Below the pieces are notes generated by a model. That model saw only the letters and a program-made list of their open reading frames with translations, was not told the DNA's origin and ran no database searches. DNA of 57,001 nt, from assembly GCA_964546565.1 (NCBI GenBank), contig CAZJKC010000003.1, positions 1 through 57,001 of the forward strand. The letters run 5' to 3'. Shown here piece after piece: positions 1-8,669 of the stretch. How positions within the stretch are numbered: position 1 is the stretch's first letter; each line of letters starts with the position of its first letter. Both the position numbers and the translations under genes were made by a program. Origin of the DNA: an uncultured Staphylococcaceae bacterium. GTDB taxonomy: Bacteria; Bacillota_I; Bacilli_A; RFN20; CAG-826.

Positions 1-241
1 CCCGATTTTATGCGGGAATTTTTGTTTTTTACAGGGTTAACTGCGAAAGATGAGGGCCACAAAGAAAAGGGGATAAAATCAAAACAAAAAATTGAGCATA
101 GAAAAAAAGCAAAACAATTAAAGCTATTTTAATTTATTAAAATAGATATTAAAAAAGTGAATAAAAAAACGTGGTTTTACTTCTTTATTTTTCTTAATTT
201 TTTAATGTTTTTTTATCGTAAAATGGGGAAACTCAAAAAAT

Positions 242-291
242 AAAAAATCTCGACTATGTGTAGCCGAGTTTGAGGAATGAATACCTCGTTG
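242..291 (-). ncRNA. Putative small RNA of element copy 1 (two hairpins plus U-tract)
   Basis: Minus-strand TTGATT-17nt-TAGAAT promoter (325-297), then GAGG-loop-CCTC, CTCGGCTA/TAGTCGAG stem and poly-T. Confidence 0.45.
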
Positions 292-375
292 TTATTATTC
301 TATGCAATATTTTTAAAAAAATCAACAAAAAAATGAAAATTTATAAAAATCAATAAGGGAGGAAGTGAGGAAAAA

Positions 376-660
376 ATGAAAAAAAGTTATAAAAAAAAGA
401 GAAAATATACAAATAAAGAAAAATATGAATATTTTGAAAGGCGATCAAATCCTTTTGATGATTCTATTTCTATTTGGAAGCATGTTTATGCTATAGAGTG
501 GCTTAATGGTTTTGAACAAAAGGAAAGAAAAAGAAAAAAACTCATGATTGTTAAGGATGAGATTCAAAAACGAAAAAAAGCTCATGAACCTTTAACAATA
601 TATGATATAAGATTACATGGTTATCGAAGCGGTATTACTTCATCTTTTAAAAAAGATTAG
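376..660 (+). CDS. Small basic hypothetical protein (element copy 1)
   Basis: 94-aa ORF with GGAGG RBS; near-identical copy at 11249-11533. Confidence 0.8.
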   Translation: MKKSYKKKRKYTNKEKYEYFERRSNPFDDSISIWKHVYAIEWLNGFEQKERKRKKLMIVKDEIQKRKKAHEPLTIYDIRLHGYRSGITSSFKKD

Positions 661-677
661 AAATAGGAGGAAAACAA

Positions 678-1067
678 ATGGAAGATACAATAAAAGGAGT
701 ATTTGTTGATCCTAATTTTTCTTTAATAGAAGAGATGATAATAAACGATAATGTTAAATCAATTAAAAAACTATTAGGTGTAAAGTATATCAACTTAGTA
801 TTTAAAAAAATTAATGGTGTAAGTTTTTGTATTGTTAGCAAAGATGAAATTAATGATAATGATCTTCCTTCAATAATATCACCAGTTAATAAATATGATT
901 GTATATATGGGAAAGTCTTTATATGTAAAATTGATGAAGATGGTAATTTAAAATCATTATCTGATAAAGAAGTATTTAAATTAATATTATCTACGAAAAC
1001 TTTTATAAGTAATGATGTGATGTTTAAAGCAATATGGAATTTTAGTTTTAACTTGAGGAGTCAATAA
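678..1067 (+). CDS. DUF3846-like phage/MGE protein
   Basis: Pattern VFVDP...LLG...DCIYGKVFICKIDE.G...SLSDKE; copy at 11551-11940. Confidence 0.6.
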   Translation: MEDTIKGVFVDPNFSLIEEMIINDNVKSIKKLLGVKYINLVFKKINGVSFCIVSKDEINDNDLPSIISPVNKYDCIYGKVFICKIDEDGNLKSLSDKEVFKLILSTKTFISNDVMFKAIWNFSFNLRSQ

Positions 1068-2162
1068 ATGCCAGTATATAAAAGCGGTAAAACATTTTAC
1101 TTCAAATGTTGTATAAATGGTCGACAATTCCTTAGGCGCGGATTTGCCACAAAAAGAGAGGCACAAGAAGCGGAAATAGATTTTATATATGAAAATAAAG
1201 GGAAAGCCAAAAACAAGCCTAAAATGGTCCTTACATGGCCAAAATTAGTTGAGTATTATTTAAAGCATTTAAAGTCACAAGTAAAAATAACCTATCACTA
1301 TTCAACAAGTAATCTTTTAAATTCGATATTGGACTTGTTCCCAACAATCGATGTTAATAAACTTTTGTATGTTGATTTTGAACGAGCAAGAGCAAGAATT
1401 GATAAATTAGAAGTATCTACCTCAAGAAAAAATCGTTTATTAAAATTAATTAAAGCAGTCTTTGAGTATGGAAGAATCTATCATAATATCAAAAATGTTG
1501 AAGTTGAAAAGATGCAATTATTTAAAGATTATTCGGTCAAGAGAAAAACAAGTTTAAAAAAAGAAGTTGTAACATTTAGTGAATTTAAAGCCTTATATGA
1601 AGTTTGTGATCCTTATTATAAATTATTGTTTCTCACACTGTACACATTCGGATTAAGAATAGGTGAGGCAATGGGCTTAAAAGTAGATAGTTTTGATTTT
1701 AAAAATAAAACCATGCAAATATATCAATCTGTATCATGGAAAAATGGAACAGGATCATATGTAATTATTACACCTAAAACCTCATCCTCTAACCGATTTT
1801 ATTACATGCCAGATATTTATATAAGTGCCATTCAAAATCATATTAAAGAGAATAAACTAGAAGAAAATGACTTTATATTTTTCTCGGGTAAATCGCATTC
1901 ACGGCCTTTATCAGAGCATGCTCTAAGAAATAAATATAAAAAGTATGCGGAGCTTGCAAACTTTCCACATGGAACAAAATTTCATATATTTAGACATACA
2001 AACGCATCAGAGCTTTTAGCGCATGGCGTAAGTTTAGAAGATATAAAAGACTATGAAGGGCATTCATCTACGGCCGTTACTGAAAGATTTTATTTGCATC
2101 AAACTGAAGAATCAAAAAAAAGAACAATGGAGGTATTAAATATTATATTAAGCAATTTATAA
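1068..2162 (+). CDS. int: Tyrosine recombinase/integrase (copy 1)
   Basis: N-terminal arm-binding motif RRGFATKREA; catalytic GLRIGE, PKT, HIFRHT, EGHSS, FYLH; adjacent to att. Confidence 0.95.
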   Translation: MPVYKSGKTFYFKCCINGRQFLRRGFATKREAQEAEIDFIYENKGKAKNKPKMVLTWPKLVEYYLKHLKSQVKITYHYSTSNLLNSILDLFPTIDVNKLLYVDFERARARIDKLEVSTSRKNRLLKLIKAVFEYGRIYHNIKNVEVEKMQLFKDYSVKRKTSLKKEVVTFSEFKALYEVCDPYYKLLFLTLYTFGLRIGEAMGLKVDSFDFKNKTMQIYQSVSWKNGTGSYVIITPKTSSSNRFYYMPDIYISAIQNHIKENKLEENDFIFFSGKSHSRPLSEHALRNKYKKYAELANFPHGTKFHIFRHTNASELLAHGVSLEDIKDYEGHSSTAVTERFYLHQTEESKKRTMEVLNIILSNL

Positions 2163-2207
2163 ACAACAAAAAAGTTCATGAGTTCGAACGTTTTTTCGTT
2201 TGCTAAA

Positions 2208-2225
2208 TTGTATCATTTTGTATCA
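2208..2225 (+). repeat. Integrase arm-type direct repeats TTGTATCA x2
   Basis: Same pair at 13080-13097; related pair TTGTATCA/TCGTATCA at 2401-2419 across the att core. Confidence 0.6.
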
Positions 2226-2280
2226 TTTCTCTTCTCAAATATCAAAAAAAGCCCGTATTTATCGGACTTTTAAAGCAAAA

Positions 2281-2296
2281 TGGCGGAGCAAGAGAG
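2281..2296 (-). repeat. att core: duplicated 3' end of tRNA-Ser(GCU)
   Basis: TGGCGGAGCAAGAGAG identical to 13153-13168; sequences diverge immediately after. Confidence 0.92.
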
Positions 2297-2608
2297 GACT
2301 AAAATACTAAGTAAATTAAGAAATAATCGTGATTATTTCTTAAAAAAATTAATCTTGAATTACTAAATATTAATAGTAAAATAAGTATTTTTACTACATA
2401 TTGTATCAAAATCGTATCAGTGAAAAACGGAGTAAAACGCTCCGTGTTTTTTGCGTTGTGAAATATTAAAAAAGCATCAAATCCCTAATAACCCTGATTA
2501 CTACTACATTACATATATATACAATACATTAAACTTACATAGTAGTATAACTTACTTTACATAGATGAAATTATGATTTTTAAAAGCCATGCTCTTGAGG
2601 GAACATGG

Positions 2609-2881
2609 CTATTGAATTTTTTGGCATAAACTTTTTATGGCTTCGATTTCTTTTGGTGTTAGTATTATACTTTTGCTTTCTTCTCCTAAGAATTCATTAA
2701 AGGATATGTTTAAAAAACAGCATATTTTAATTAGATCATCTGCTTTAAGTTGAATTCTTTTATTTTCAATATCTGAATATGTTGTTTGTTTAATACCTAA
2801 TAAATTTGCTATATCGCTTTGTGTATAATTTTTTTCTTTTCTCTTTTTTTTAACTATATCAATCGCATCCATTTTATACAC
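2609..2881 (-). CDS. Xre/Cro-CI family HTH repressor
   Basis: YTQSDIANLLGIKQTTYSDIEN HTH; divergent from the main operon. Confidence 0.9.
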   Translation of the reverse strand: MYKMDAIDIVKKKRKEKNYTQSDIANLLGIKQTTYSDIENKRIQLKADDLIKICCFLNISFNEFLGEESKSIILTPKEIEAIKSLCQKIQ

Positions 2882-2884
2882 CTC

Positions 2885-3000
2885 ATGATAATTATATCTT
2901 TTTTGCTTTATTACGTTATTTTCTCTTGATTAATAACGTATCTTGTGATATTTTTAAATTAGTTTTTACCGGAAATTACGTTAAAGTGAATTTATGGAGG
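2885..3000. promoter_or_regulatory. Divergent promoter/operator region (genetic switch)
   Basis: TTACGTTA-like motif three times (~2911, ~2934 inverted, ~2976); TATAAT and GAGGTG RBS on the minus strand; TTGATT on the plus strand. Confidence 0.55.
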
Positions 3001-3009
3001 AATTAAATC

Positions 3010-3765
3010 ATGGATAAATTAAATAATCGTCTCTGGCTAGCATTGCCTTACTACTTTTTTTCAAAACCATCAATCAAAATAATCTTGCGTGATCCAAAAG
3101 GTGATAGATTGCTTCTTCTTTACATGCAATTACTTTGCCTTTCTATTCAAAATGAAGGTGAAGTAATTTATTCGCCAACATGTAGAGGGTTCACCTTATA
3201 TACTCTTGCGGTGTCTTTAGAAGGCAATTTTACCCCGGAAGAATTAGAAAAGCTTCTTCCAATCCTTAAAGAGCGGTCCTTAATAGATTATCAAGAGCCA
3301 GAGGATCCAAAGAAATTCAATTTGTTAATCAAGATTGTAGATTTTGATTCTGACTTTCCGCTTCAACGAGAAGCAATTGCGATTGAAAGAGAAAGCAAAA
3401 TTGAAAAATACGGTAATAAAGGGGAAAGCTGTAAAAGCCATCATCCATTTACTACTCAATTAATCAATAATGGTTTCCTTACTGTTTACGATAATAATCT
3501 TTCAACTTATGATGAGTATTTTGAAAAAATGGTTGGAAAGTTTGCAAAATTTTTCACAATGCAACGCATGAGTGAGGCTGTCGATGAGATTTATTCTAGA
3601 TTTATTAATTCCACAACAAAAATCAATTCCAAAATTAAGTGGTTCATTGAGTGTTATTCAAATTTAATTAACGATTGGCGTAAGTCACAAGTATTAAGTA
3701 GCGAGCAAGATAAGGAAGAAGAAGCACTTAATGAAATTGAGAAAATGCTTACTTTGCTTGCTTAA
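3010..3765 (+). CDS. Phage replisome organiser (DnaD-like) replication initiator
   Basis: N-terminus WLAL...FF....IK.....KGD..LLLYMQLLCLSIQNEG matches the Phage_rep_org_N pattern. Confidence 0.7.
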   Translation: MDKLNNRLWLALPYYFFSKPSIKIILRDPKGDRLLLLYMQLLCLSIQNEGEVIYSPTCRGFTLYTLAVSLEGNFTPEELEKLLPILKERSLIDYQEPEDPKKFNLLIKIVDFDSDFPLQREAIAIERESKIEKYGNKGESCKSHHPFTTQLINNGFLTVYDNNLSTYDEYFEKMVGKFAKFFTMQRMSEAVDEIYSRFINSTTKINSKIKWFIECYSNLINDWRKSQVLSSEQDKEEEALNEIEKMLTLLA

Positions 3766-3868
3766 TAAAGTCTTATATCCATTTTGTAAAGGTAGTCATG
3801 TTGGATCCTCCTTTAAAATTGTCATTCATAAAATCTGGCATGACTATCTAAATAAAGAGGTGAGTAAA

Positions 3869-4018
3869 TTGAAAAATGATATCTATTATATTTATGCTCC
3901 CGGCTTTCCATGGCCCTTTGTAGCGTACTCAATTAATCATTTAGAGTATATGATGCGATTTTTGCGTGAATTTCTAAATGAAAACGATTTAAAAATCGTA
4001 ACCAAAAGTGATTACTAG
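3869..4018 (+). CDS. Small hypothetical protein (49 aa)
   Basis: TTG start behind GAGGTGA RBS, in frame with ORF 3731-4018. Confidence 0.45.
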   Translation: MKNDIYYIYAPGFPWPFVAYSINHLEYMMRFLREFLNENDLKIVTKSDY

Positions 4019-4148
4019 CTTGTTATTATCTAGCGAGCTGTAATAAATGTGATAGCTGTGATTTTATTCCTTTCAATTTGTTCTATTTTTCAATTCAAAT
4101 TGCAGCTATCTTACTTTTAAAAAATGTTAAAGAAAGTGAGGTGAAAAA

Positions 4149-6371
4149 ATGAAAAAAATAATTACATTAATAACATTAGGACTATCACTTTTAGTAGAGC
4201 CATTAACTTCTCAATATAAAGCATTAAATGCCGAGCCTATTTTAGCTAAAGCAGCGGAAAGTAACGCCAAAAAAACAAGGGAGTATGATTTAAAAGATTT
4301 TGATTATGCTTCTTATAATAGAGAACAAACAAGTGTTTCATTTGCCGATTTACCTTCATGGTCGCCAGATTTATTAGGAAAGACATTTAGTGAATATGAA
4401 AGCGGTAGCGTTTCTCAATTGAATAAATACATTAATGGTAATTATTCATTAAATATTGAGGCAAGTCTTGATTTGTTTTCTTCTTTATCAACTGATATAG
4501 ATGTTAATTTTAAGGCTAATAAAGATTTATGTTTTATTCAAACTGAAGATGGATTTTATCGTGCCGCATCATTAAATTATTGCTCACCAATGCTTTATAT
4601 TAATCAAAACATTAAAGGCCAAAAGAATATTAATTTTTATTTAGGATGTAATTTAAATTATGATTTTTTTGAATCAATCTTTAATTTATTGGGTGGAGTA
4701 TTATTAGATGGAGCAGAGCTTCCTATTTTAAAAATTGGTGATTATACATTTTTAAAAATTGAATTTAATTCAAAAGGATATAAGCTTATCGCTGATAATT
4801 ATTGTGTAATATCTCCATATAAGCGTGATCCTATTTATAGCTATGAAGCGAGTTCTACATTAGTTTATAAAGTAACAATTCCATTTATTGAAAATTTCAA
4901 TGATTTCTATTATTTTAGTTGCTATTATACTTTGATTGCTGATGATATAGATTCTTACACGCCGAGTGAAGATATATTCTTCGCTTTTGATGAATCAATG
5001 TGTGATGATTACTATTTCTATGCATTTGATTTATTAAAAGTATCAGTAATTGATAAGTGTTTGGTTGTTGATAATTCTACTTATTTTGATTCTGAATTTA
5101 TGGCCGATTTAGTAAGTATTAAATTAATATTTAAAGGCACCAAAAAAGAAAAAATAGTAGATATCAATTCTCGTTTAGATTTTCAAACTATTCCACAATA
5201 TAAAACATTTGAATTTAATTTTGATAGAAATATTGGTTATGCAGATGGGAAAGTTAGATATTGGTTTTTCGATGATTTTGATTTGGAATCAAATGTTGCT
5301 GGTGAGTTAAAAATTTCTAGTATAAATTTTCATCCGTATACTAAAAATACTGAAAATAAATATGAAATTGATGAATCAATAACATTAACTCATCATTATG
5401 AAAATGCCAATATTCATAAGTATTCCTTTAATTATGAGCGTAGCGTTAGAGTATTTTACTATAAGATGAATGGTTATTATCGTAACATTTATAAAAATTG
5501 GGGTATAGGAACAATTTTAGGTGGTTGGGCTGTAAATGCCTTATATAACTATCAAATATTTGGTTTTGATTTTTATTTCGATAAGCAAAAAACAATGGCA
5601 ATACCTAACGTGCAAGCTATCACTTTTAAATTTCAAATGGGTTATTCCGGGCCTAATCCGGAAGAAGGCTCAAATGGATTTTATCCCAATGATCCAGATG
5701 ATTCTCATAAAGATATAATAATTGCTTCATTTAATGTTGAACCTAGTAAAAATAATAGTGATTTTAATAGAGTTATTATTGGAAATAACAAGTTAGGTAA
5801 TGATTTATGGCAAGAAATAAATGATATGGGTGTTCGCTCTGATTGCTTAGATTACATTATGACTGATGACACTGGTTATAAGCACGATTATATTTTTTAT
5901 AATTATCGCCAAAGAGGGACTGATTATTATTCTATTTCAACGATGGATGCTTTAGAAATTGTATATGAGTCAGAAGCTCAAGAAACGGTACGCATGGTTG
6001 GTAACTCTTTAGGCCTTCATGTAGTTACTGATGAAGATGGTGATACCTATGTATGTGATTCCGAAGGTAATGTTCAAGATGATTATGGAATATATGAATC
6101 GGATGATGGGATTATGATACCTGGTAAAGATGAAGATGGTGATGGAAAGATATCTATCGAAGAAACAATCAATTCTGATACCGGCGAAAAATCATATCCT
6201 CAATATACCGGTAATACAAATAAGCCATGGTCAATTGGTGATTTATTTGATAATGAAAACAATATTAAAGAAACTATAGAAAAGATAATAAGAATAGCGT
6301 TAATCACTTTATCAATAATCATAGTTTTATATTTTTTAAAACTAGTATTAAGAATTTTTAAAAGAAAATAA
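4149..6371 (+). CDS. Large surface protein with signal peptide and C-terminal TM anchor; candidate virion spike/adhesin
   Basis: MKKIITLITLGLSLL signal; acidic, aromatic-rich ectodomain; DEDGDGKISIEE EF-hand-like loop; C-terminal hydrophobic helix followed by RIFKRK. Confidence 0.75.
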   Translation: MKKIITLITLGLSLLVEPLTSQYKALNAEPILAKAAESNAKKTREYDLKDFDYASYNREQTSVSFADLPSWSPDLLGKTFSEYESGSVSQLNKYINGNYSLNIEASLDLFSSLSTDIDVNFKANKDLCFIQTEDGFYRAASLNYCSPMLYINQNIKGQKNINFYLGCNLNYDFFESIFNLLGGVLLDGAELPILKIGDYTFLKIEFNSKGYKLIADNYCVISPYKRDPIYSYEASSTLVYKVTIPFIENFNDFYYFSCYYTLIADDIDSYTPSEDIFFAFDESMCDDYYFYAFDLLKVSVIDKCLVVDNSTYFDSEFMADLVSIKLIFKGTKKEKIVDINSRLDFQTIPQYKTFEFNFDRNIGYADGKVRYWFFDDFDLESNVAGELKISSINFHPYTKNTENKYEIDESITLTHHYENANIHKYSFNYERSVRVFYYKMNGYYRNIYKNWGIGTILGGWAVNALYNYQIFGFDFYFDKQKTMAIPNVQAITFKFQMGYSGPNPEEGSNGFYPNDPDDSHKDIIIASFNVEPSKNNSDFNRVIIGNNKLGNDLWQEINDMGVRSDCLDYIMTDDTGYKHDYIFYNYRQRGTDYYSISTMDALEIVYESEAQETVRMVGNSLGLHVVTDEDGDTYVCDSEGNVQDDYGIYESDDGIMIPGKDEDGDGKISIEETINSDTGEKSYPQYTGNTNKPWSIGDLFDNENNIKETIEKIIRIALITLSIIIVLYFLKLVLRIFKRK

Positions 6372-6385
6372 GAGGTGAAATAATC

Positions 6386-6658
6386 ATGGATTATAGAAAA
6401 TTAAGTAAGCGAGAGAGGGCGTATATTTTTAAAAAAAGGACTTATAAATTCAATATACTTGAGGCCGGAGTTATTAATTCGAGTTTAGAAATCAGTCAGC
6501 ATATTTGTAAAGAGCGTGGCTATAGTGATTTAGTAAAAAAATATGGGAAAGTTAGAAGTTCATTATTAAAACAAGGTAACGCTATTTATGATCGAGAGCA
6601 TCCAAATGCATCTAAAAAGATTGTAGTTAGACCAGAAGATTTTATTAAGAGTAAGTAA
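6386..6658 (+). CDS. Small basic hypothetical protein (possible DNA-binding)
   Basis: 90 aa, K/R-rich, GAGGTG RBS. Confidence 0.7.
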   Translation: MDYRKLSKRERAYIFKKRTYKFNILEAGVINSSLEISQHICKERGYSDLVKKYGKVRSSLLKQGNAIYDREHPNASKKIVVRPEDFIKSK

Positions 6659-6682
6659 AAAAAATTATAAGAGGTGAAAAAA

Positions 6683-7210
6683 ATGAAAAATAGAAAAAAT
6701 TATAAAAAACAAAATAAAACAAAAAATGTATTAGGTGGAATAGGATTAGTCCTAGTAGCATCCGCATTAACTTTAGGCGGAGTTAAATTAACTCAAAGAA
6801 ATAATATGTATTTAGATCTTCTTTTAAAAGTTGAGCTTAATGAAGATTTCTTTAAAGATGCAGAAAAAGGAACTGAAACAATTAATGATGATGAATATGT
6901 TACTTATTCTTTAGAATATGTAAAGAATAGTAAGATTAAATATGAAGTTAAATTGGTTGTTGAAGATGATTTTTGGACCGATTGTTCTTCACAATGCTTA
7001 GGCAGTGATGCATATATTCAAGTTACTAATTTAAATGCGACAATATGTGAAGTTAATGGCTATGATAGTGATGAAGAAGTAAGTGATAGTTATCTTGTTA
7101 ATCATATAGAGGCTACAAAAACAACAAATGAGTATTCAAAAGTATTATTTGATTATGAAGTCTATGATGTTGAATATATCAATAATATTTGTTTTTATGG
7201 TATTGAGTAA
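6683..7210 (+). CDS. Membrane-anchored acidic protein (paralog A)
   Basis: Basic N-terminus, one TM (VLGGIGLVLVASALTLGGVKL), acidic ectodomain; RBS GAGGTG. Confidence 0.75.
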   Translation: MKNRKNYKKQNKTKNVLGGIGLVLVASALTLGGVKLTQRNNMYLDLLLKVELNEDFFKDAEKGTETINDDEYVTYSLEYVKNSKIKYEVKLVVEDDFWTDCSSQCLGSDAYIQVTNLNATICEVNGYDSDEEVSDSYLVNHIEATKTTNEYSKVLFDYEVYDVEYINNICFYGIE

Positions 7211-7218
7211 GTTTATTT

Positions 7219-7842
7219 ATGGCAAAGAAAAAATCAATATTTGGTATTTTAGGGCTTGTTTTCTTAACCTCCATAATTACTCTTGGTAGTGTTAGATTAA
7301 TTAATCATTATAATGTTAATAGTAAATCATTCAAAGAATTATATCGTGTTGATTTAAATAGAGAATTATTTGATAAATGTAAAAGGTCTTATTATGTTGA
7401 AGATGACAATTACTTTGATTTGCTTGAATATGATTTAGACCATGTTATTAAATATGATAGTGCAAGTAATACTTATTATAAAAAAGATATTACCTTATCT
7501 ATTTCATATTCTTTCACTTTTTATGTTGATGATTATGATTATGTTAATATTCCTTATTATGAATATGATGAAAATTATTTATGTTTCGATGGTTTAATAA
7601 CATTATCAATTAATGATTCATCTATTTCATTTGTTGAAGTTATTTTTGATTTATATTCATCAGAATGTTTTTCTCTTGTTTTAAGTCCAATTACTGATAA
7701 CATTTCAGATATCGATAAAGATAATGGTTTAAATTTATATTCTGGTGTTTTTTTAAGTAATAAAACATTTGATAATAATTATTATAATGATATGTTATTA
7801 GGCAGTTCAATTGATAGATTAATTTTTTATGGTAATGCATAA
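7219..7842 (+). CDS. Membrane-anchored acidic protein (paralog B)
   Basis: TM IFGILGLVFLTSIITLGSVRL; shares motifs with 6683-7210. Confidence 0.75.
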   Translation: MAKKKSIFGILGLVFLTSIITLGSVRLINHYNVNSKSFKELYRVDLNRELFDKCKRSYYVEDDNYFDLLEYDLDHVIKYDSASNTYYKKDITLSISYSFTFYVDDYDYVNIPYYEYDENYLCFDGLITLSINDSSISFVEVIFDLYSSECFSLVLSPITDNISDIDKDNGLNLYSGVFLSNKTFDNNYYNDMLLGSSIDRLIFYGNA

Positions 7843-7856
7843 TTACATATTATAAT

Positions 7857-7959
7857 GCAAAATCGGTTAAGAGCTTAGGGGCGCGATGTGCGCGCCCTTA
7901 AGCCCGATTTTGCCCTTGATATAGAAATATATATATGCAAAAAAACAATGTTTTTTTGC
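7857..7959. repeat. GC-rich long hairpin plus second palindrome (origin/packaging/oriT candidate)
   Basis: GCAAAATCGG..GCTTAGGGGCGCG-atgtg-CGCGCCCTTAAGC-CCGATTTTGC, then GCAAAAAAACA-a-TGTTTTTTTGC. Confidence 0.75.
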
Positions 7960-7991
7960 CCGGCGCGAATTAGAAAAAAAGAGGTGGTGAA

Positions 7992-8267
7992 ATGGAAAGA
8001 AAAAAGTTAGTGCTTGAAGAGGATGTAACCATGACCGGCTGTCTTAATGCGGTCAAAAAATTAAGAAATTGCCCAATCTGCCCCCACCGATTCAACCGCG
8101 AAGAGTGTAAAAGTCAAAAGTGCGTCCCCCGTGTAGTAGTTGATGTTATTGAGTTTGCCATCCGTGAGCATTTTTACTCTTTGAAACAAAGTAAATTAAA
8201 AGATAAAAAAGTATCCAAAGAAGAAGTTGATAATAATGAATCTAATGTTGATCGTTTAAGAATATAA
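7992..8267 (+). CDS. Small Cys-rich (possible Zn-binding) protein
   Basis: C...CPICPH...C...C cluster; GAGGTGG RBS. Confidence 0.65.
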   Translation: MERKKLVLEEDVTMTGCLNAVKKLRNCPICPHRFNREECKSQKCVPRVVVDVIEFAIREHFYSLKQSKLKDKKVSKEEVDNNESNVDRLRI

Positions 8268-8291
8268 GTAAAAATTGAAAGGAATAGAGAT

Positions 8292-8669
8292 ATGAAAATA
8301 AGGAAGGAATCAAAAAAAAGATTTATCATAACGATATTGGTAATAGTCATAAGCGTTTTTTTAATCACATTTTTAAAAGAGGCTTTTAGCCTAACCGCCG
8401 TATCAGAATCTGATTATGAATTAGTAAATAAAAACTTTATTAATTCATCTTATTCAAAAATCTATTCCTTTAACAATAAATCAACTTGCTTGTTTTTTGA
8501 ATTTAATAAAGAAGGTAATTTAGAATGTGCAAATACCTTTTTCTATTCTTTCAATGAAGATAATAATCTAGTTATCAATGAAATAGAGTTTAGAATATTA
8601 AATAATAGTTTTATTAACATCAAAAATAAAGAAATATATTACTCATTTGAAGGTAATTTATATGAATAA
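8292..8669 (+). CDS. Single-TM membrane protein
   Basis: FIITILVIVISVFLITFL helix after a basic N-terminus; stop overlaps the ATPase start. Confidence 0.7.
   Translation: MKIRKESKKRFIITILVIVISVFLITFLKEAFSLTAVSESDYELVNKNFINSSYSKIYSFNNKSTCLFFEFNKEGNLECANTFFYSFNEDNNLVINEIEFRILNNSFINIKNKEIYYSFEGNLYE

Larger units (their letters stand above)
1..2296 (+). mobile_element. Right end of an integrated element (copy 1, truncated by the window start), tandem with the element at 2297-13168
   Basis: 305-2296 is homologous to 11179-13168 (94-aa gene, DUF3846-like gene, integrase, att core) but carries many substitutions. Confidence 0.85.

Noticed and set aside
305-2296. Duplication as a simple assembly artefact
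   Set aside because: Copies differ at many synonymous sites and have different left flanks, so they look like distinct elements (long-read confirmation still advisable)
2498-2562. CRISPR or type III antitoxin repeat array
   Set aside because: Repeats are only 5-6 nt and irregular; no repeat-spacer structure or cas genes anywhere in the window
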